The notes under the pieces: model-generated | What the model was told of the DNA's origin: nothing | The model's input: only the letters and a program-made list of their open reading frames with translations | Databases searched by the model: none | Shown here: positions 62,171-64,000 of the stretch, in pieces | Position numbering within the stretch: the stretch's first letter is position 1 | Layout: every line of letters begins with the position of its first letter | Made by a program: the position numbers and the translations under genes | DNA from: Planctomycetota bacterium | GTDB lineage: Bacteria > Planctomycetota > SZUA-567 > H5-PLA8 | Direction of reading: 5' to 3' | Length of the DNA: 64,000 bases | NCBI GenBank assembly: GCA_038227875.1 | Contig: JBBRPR010000002.1 | Location: 192,001-256,000 of the forward strand

Positions 62171-64000
62171 ATGAAGAGAAACTGTGTGTTATCCGTTGTG
62201 CTGAGTGTGAGCTTCTGCTGCGGCGCGGTTTTTTGCGCCGAGGGCGAAGACTGGAATCTGCCTGCGCCTCAGCGTGTGGCAGAAGGTGAGACGCTGGCGG
62301 CGCGCGGTGAGATCGCGGGGGCCGAGCGCATTCTGCGACAGCTCGAGAACGAAGCGAAAGCGACAGGCTCGCTGGCGGAACGGACGACAGCGGAAGCGCG
62401 CGTCGACCGGCTGCGGCTGGCGGTCGCGCGCGCTCATGTTAAAGGCGGTTCGTGGCCCAATGCGCTGACGCTGCTGAATGCGATCGAACTGGAAGGCAAG
62501 AGCCCTTCAATTCAGCGCGCGATCTGTGCGGCGACGCTCGATGCGCTTAAACCACTGATGCTGGAGTCCGACGGCCAATGCGTCGCGCCGTGGACGCCGC
62601 TGGCCAACGATAAATTCGGGCCGCAGCAACCCTCAGAAGCGCTGCGCGCACCGTACACCCGCGTAGATCGCAAAGAAGCGGCGGAGCTGATCGCCGCGGA
62701 TTTGACGGCCTGGGAGCGCATTGAAACAGAGACCGGTGGCGTCCTGACCGATTCGGAAAAGGCGACGGCCGCGGCACTGAGTCCTGTGACGCGGACGCTG
62801 GTGCGCTACGCCTGGGGCGTGGTGTCGTACGAGACAGTGGCGAAGGCCATCGACGCGCTGCCCGCGGCCGAGCGCCGGCTGCAGGCGCTACGGTTGACGC
62901 AGTTACTGCTGCGCGAGCATGATCTGGCGCGCGCGGTGCCGCGGCTGCTGGATCTTGAAAAATCGGCGAAGGACGACGTGTCGAAAGCGGCGGCCGAAGA
63001 GCTGATCCGCATTTCCGTCGCGTACGAACGGCTGCGCACGAGTCTGCCGATGTGGAATCCCGGCGTCGACGCGGCGGTCAAACCGTACCTCGCCGATCCG
63101 GCTTGGGCGGCCAAGCGCGACGCGATCGTCAAGGAACTCGACAAGGCCATCGGCGCGGTCGATTTGAAGATTGTGCTCGGTGGAGAATCGGCAGCGGACC
63201 TCGAACGTGGCGATTCTGCGCCGATGGCCTCCAACCGCGAAACGAGCGACGTCGTCGTTCCCGCGGACATTCTTGCCAAGGCGGAACTCGGCGATCACTT
63301 CGAAACGATCAATCCTGACGTGCCGGATACGCACAGCACTCAAAAGGAAAAGCCGGAAGAGAAAAAGGAGACACCCGAGGAAAAAGAAGCGCGCGCGAAG
63401 CTCGACGGAGAACGCCAGAAGCGCGCTGGCGAAAAGCCAAGCCGCTACCACAAGTTGGGCTACCTCGCCGGCGTGCTGCGTAAGAATGTGCTGCTGGATC
63501 TGGATCCTAAAAAGGCCGGTTCGCGCGAGACGCGCGAAGAATACGAACTGCAGGTCGATCATCAGGAATTCATGATCGAAGCGCTCGGGCCGGATTTTCA
63601 AAAGGACACGTCGCAGGGCTTCCGGCCGCTGACGCCGGACTCGCCGCTGCGATTGGTAATTCTCTCGCGCTACCACGGTGACCTGGATGTCGATGCGCGC
63701 CGCCTGCCCAACCGCGAGGCGTTCGAGAAACTCGACGCGGGCATCAGTCCCGAAACAATCGCGCAGCTTCCGGTGGCGAAGAACTACACGGTGCCATTCG
63801 CGACGATGCTCGAAAATCTCGCGCCGTATCCGACGAAGGGCATTCATGAAATCAAGACACATGGTCTGGCGCCGGGATTTTACGTGCTGACCGCGCGTGC
63901 GCGTTATTCCCCCGTCGTCGCGGTCACGCGCCTCGCGGTGAGCGAGACGAAAGTCGTCGTCCGCCATGCGCCGAAGGAAATCCTGATCTGGACGCTCGAT
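62171..64000 (+). CDS. Large secreted protein, probably alpha-2-macroglobulin (MG domain) family; runs off the window end
   Basis: Not in the ORF track, presumably because no stop falls in the window; both ends were translated by hand in the same frame. MKRNCVLSVVLSV signal peptide; ends GLAPGFYVLTARA...LAVSETKVVVR...ILIWTLD, an MG-domain-like pattern. Confidence 0.6.
   Translation, partial: MKRNCVLSVVLSVSFCCGAVFCAEGEDWNLPAPQRVAEGETLAARGEIAGAERILRQLENEAKATGSLAERTTAEARVDRLRLAVARAHVKGGSWPNALTLLNAIELEGKSPSIQRAICAATLDALKPLMLESDGQCVAPWTPLANDKFGPQQPSEALRAPYTRVDRKEAAELIAADLTAWERIETETGGVLTDSEKATAAALSPVTRTLVRYAWGVVSYETVAKAIDALPAAERRLQALRLTQLLLREHDLARAVPRLLDLEKSAKDDVSKAAAEELIRISVAYERLRTSLPMWNPGVDAAVKPYLADPAWAAKRDAIVKELDKAIGAVDLKIVLGGESAADLERGDSAPMASNRETSDVVVPADILAKAELGDHFETINPDVPDTHSTQKEKPEEKKETPEEKEARAKLDGERQKRAGEKPSRYHKLGYLAGVLRKNVLLDLDPKKAGSRETREEYELQVDHQEFMIEALGPDFQKDTSQGFRPLTPDSPLRLVILSRYHGDLDVDARRLPNREAFEKLDAGISPETIAQLPVAKNYTVPFATMLENLAPYPTKGIHEIKTHGLAPGFYVLTARARYSPVVAVTRLAVSETKVVVRHAPKEILIWTLD

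Overview
High-GC bacterial chromosomal segment, most likely Planctomycetota (inferred from prepilin-type proteins, a eukaryote-like Ser/Thr kinase, a long LepB and an EF-P with Asn at the loop tip). Housekeeping content: lepA-lepB-lptB, an F1Fo ATP synthase operon (no atpC after atpD, a PrcB-like gene inserted between atpG and atpD, a ~90-aa insertion in AtpA), efp, moaDE, nnrD, eda and a ROK kinase. Accessory content: a four-gene pseudopilin cluster, two sigma54 activators and four candidate -24/-12 promoters, arsD-arsA, two GntR/PhyH pairs, a doubled transglutaminase/circularly permuted ATP-grasp/alpha-E locus, and the start of a probable alpha-2-macroglobulin-like gene. The most striking element is a 1056-aa ORF (20949-24119, minus strand). 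It fuses degenerate RNA polymerase beta C-terminal and beta-prime N-terminal segments (flap, switch and clamp), lacks the catalytic motifs and the beta-prime zinc finger, and ends in a DUF1963/YwqG-like domain. It is a candidate RNAP decoy. A short major-vault-protein-like gene (10271-11524) is the second highlight. Intergenic DNA carries many heptamer tandem repeats and REP/MITE-like hairpins. I saw no rRNA, tRNA or CRISPR array. All family assignments come from motif recognition by eye, not database searches.
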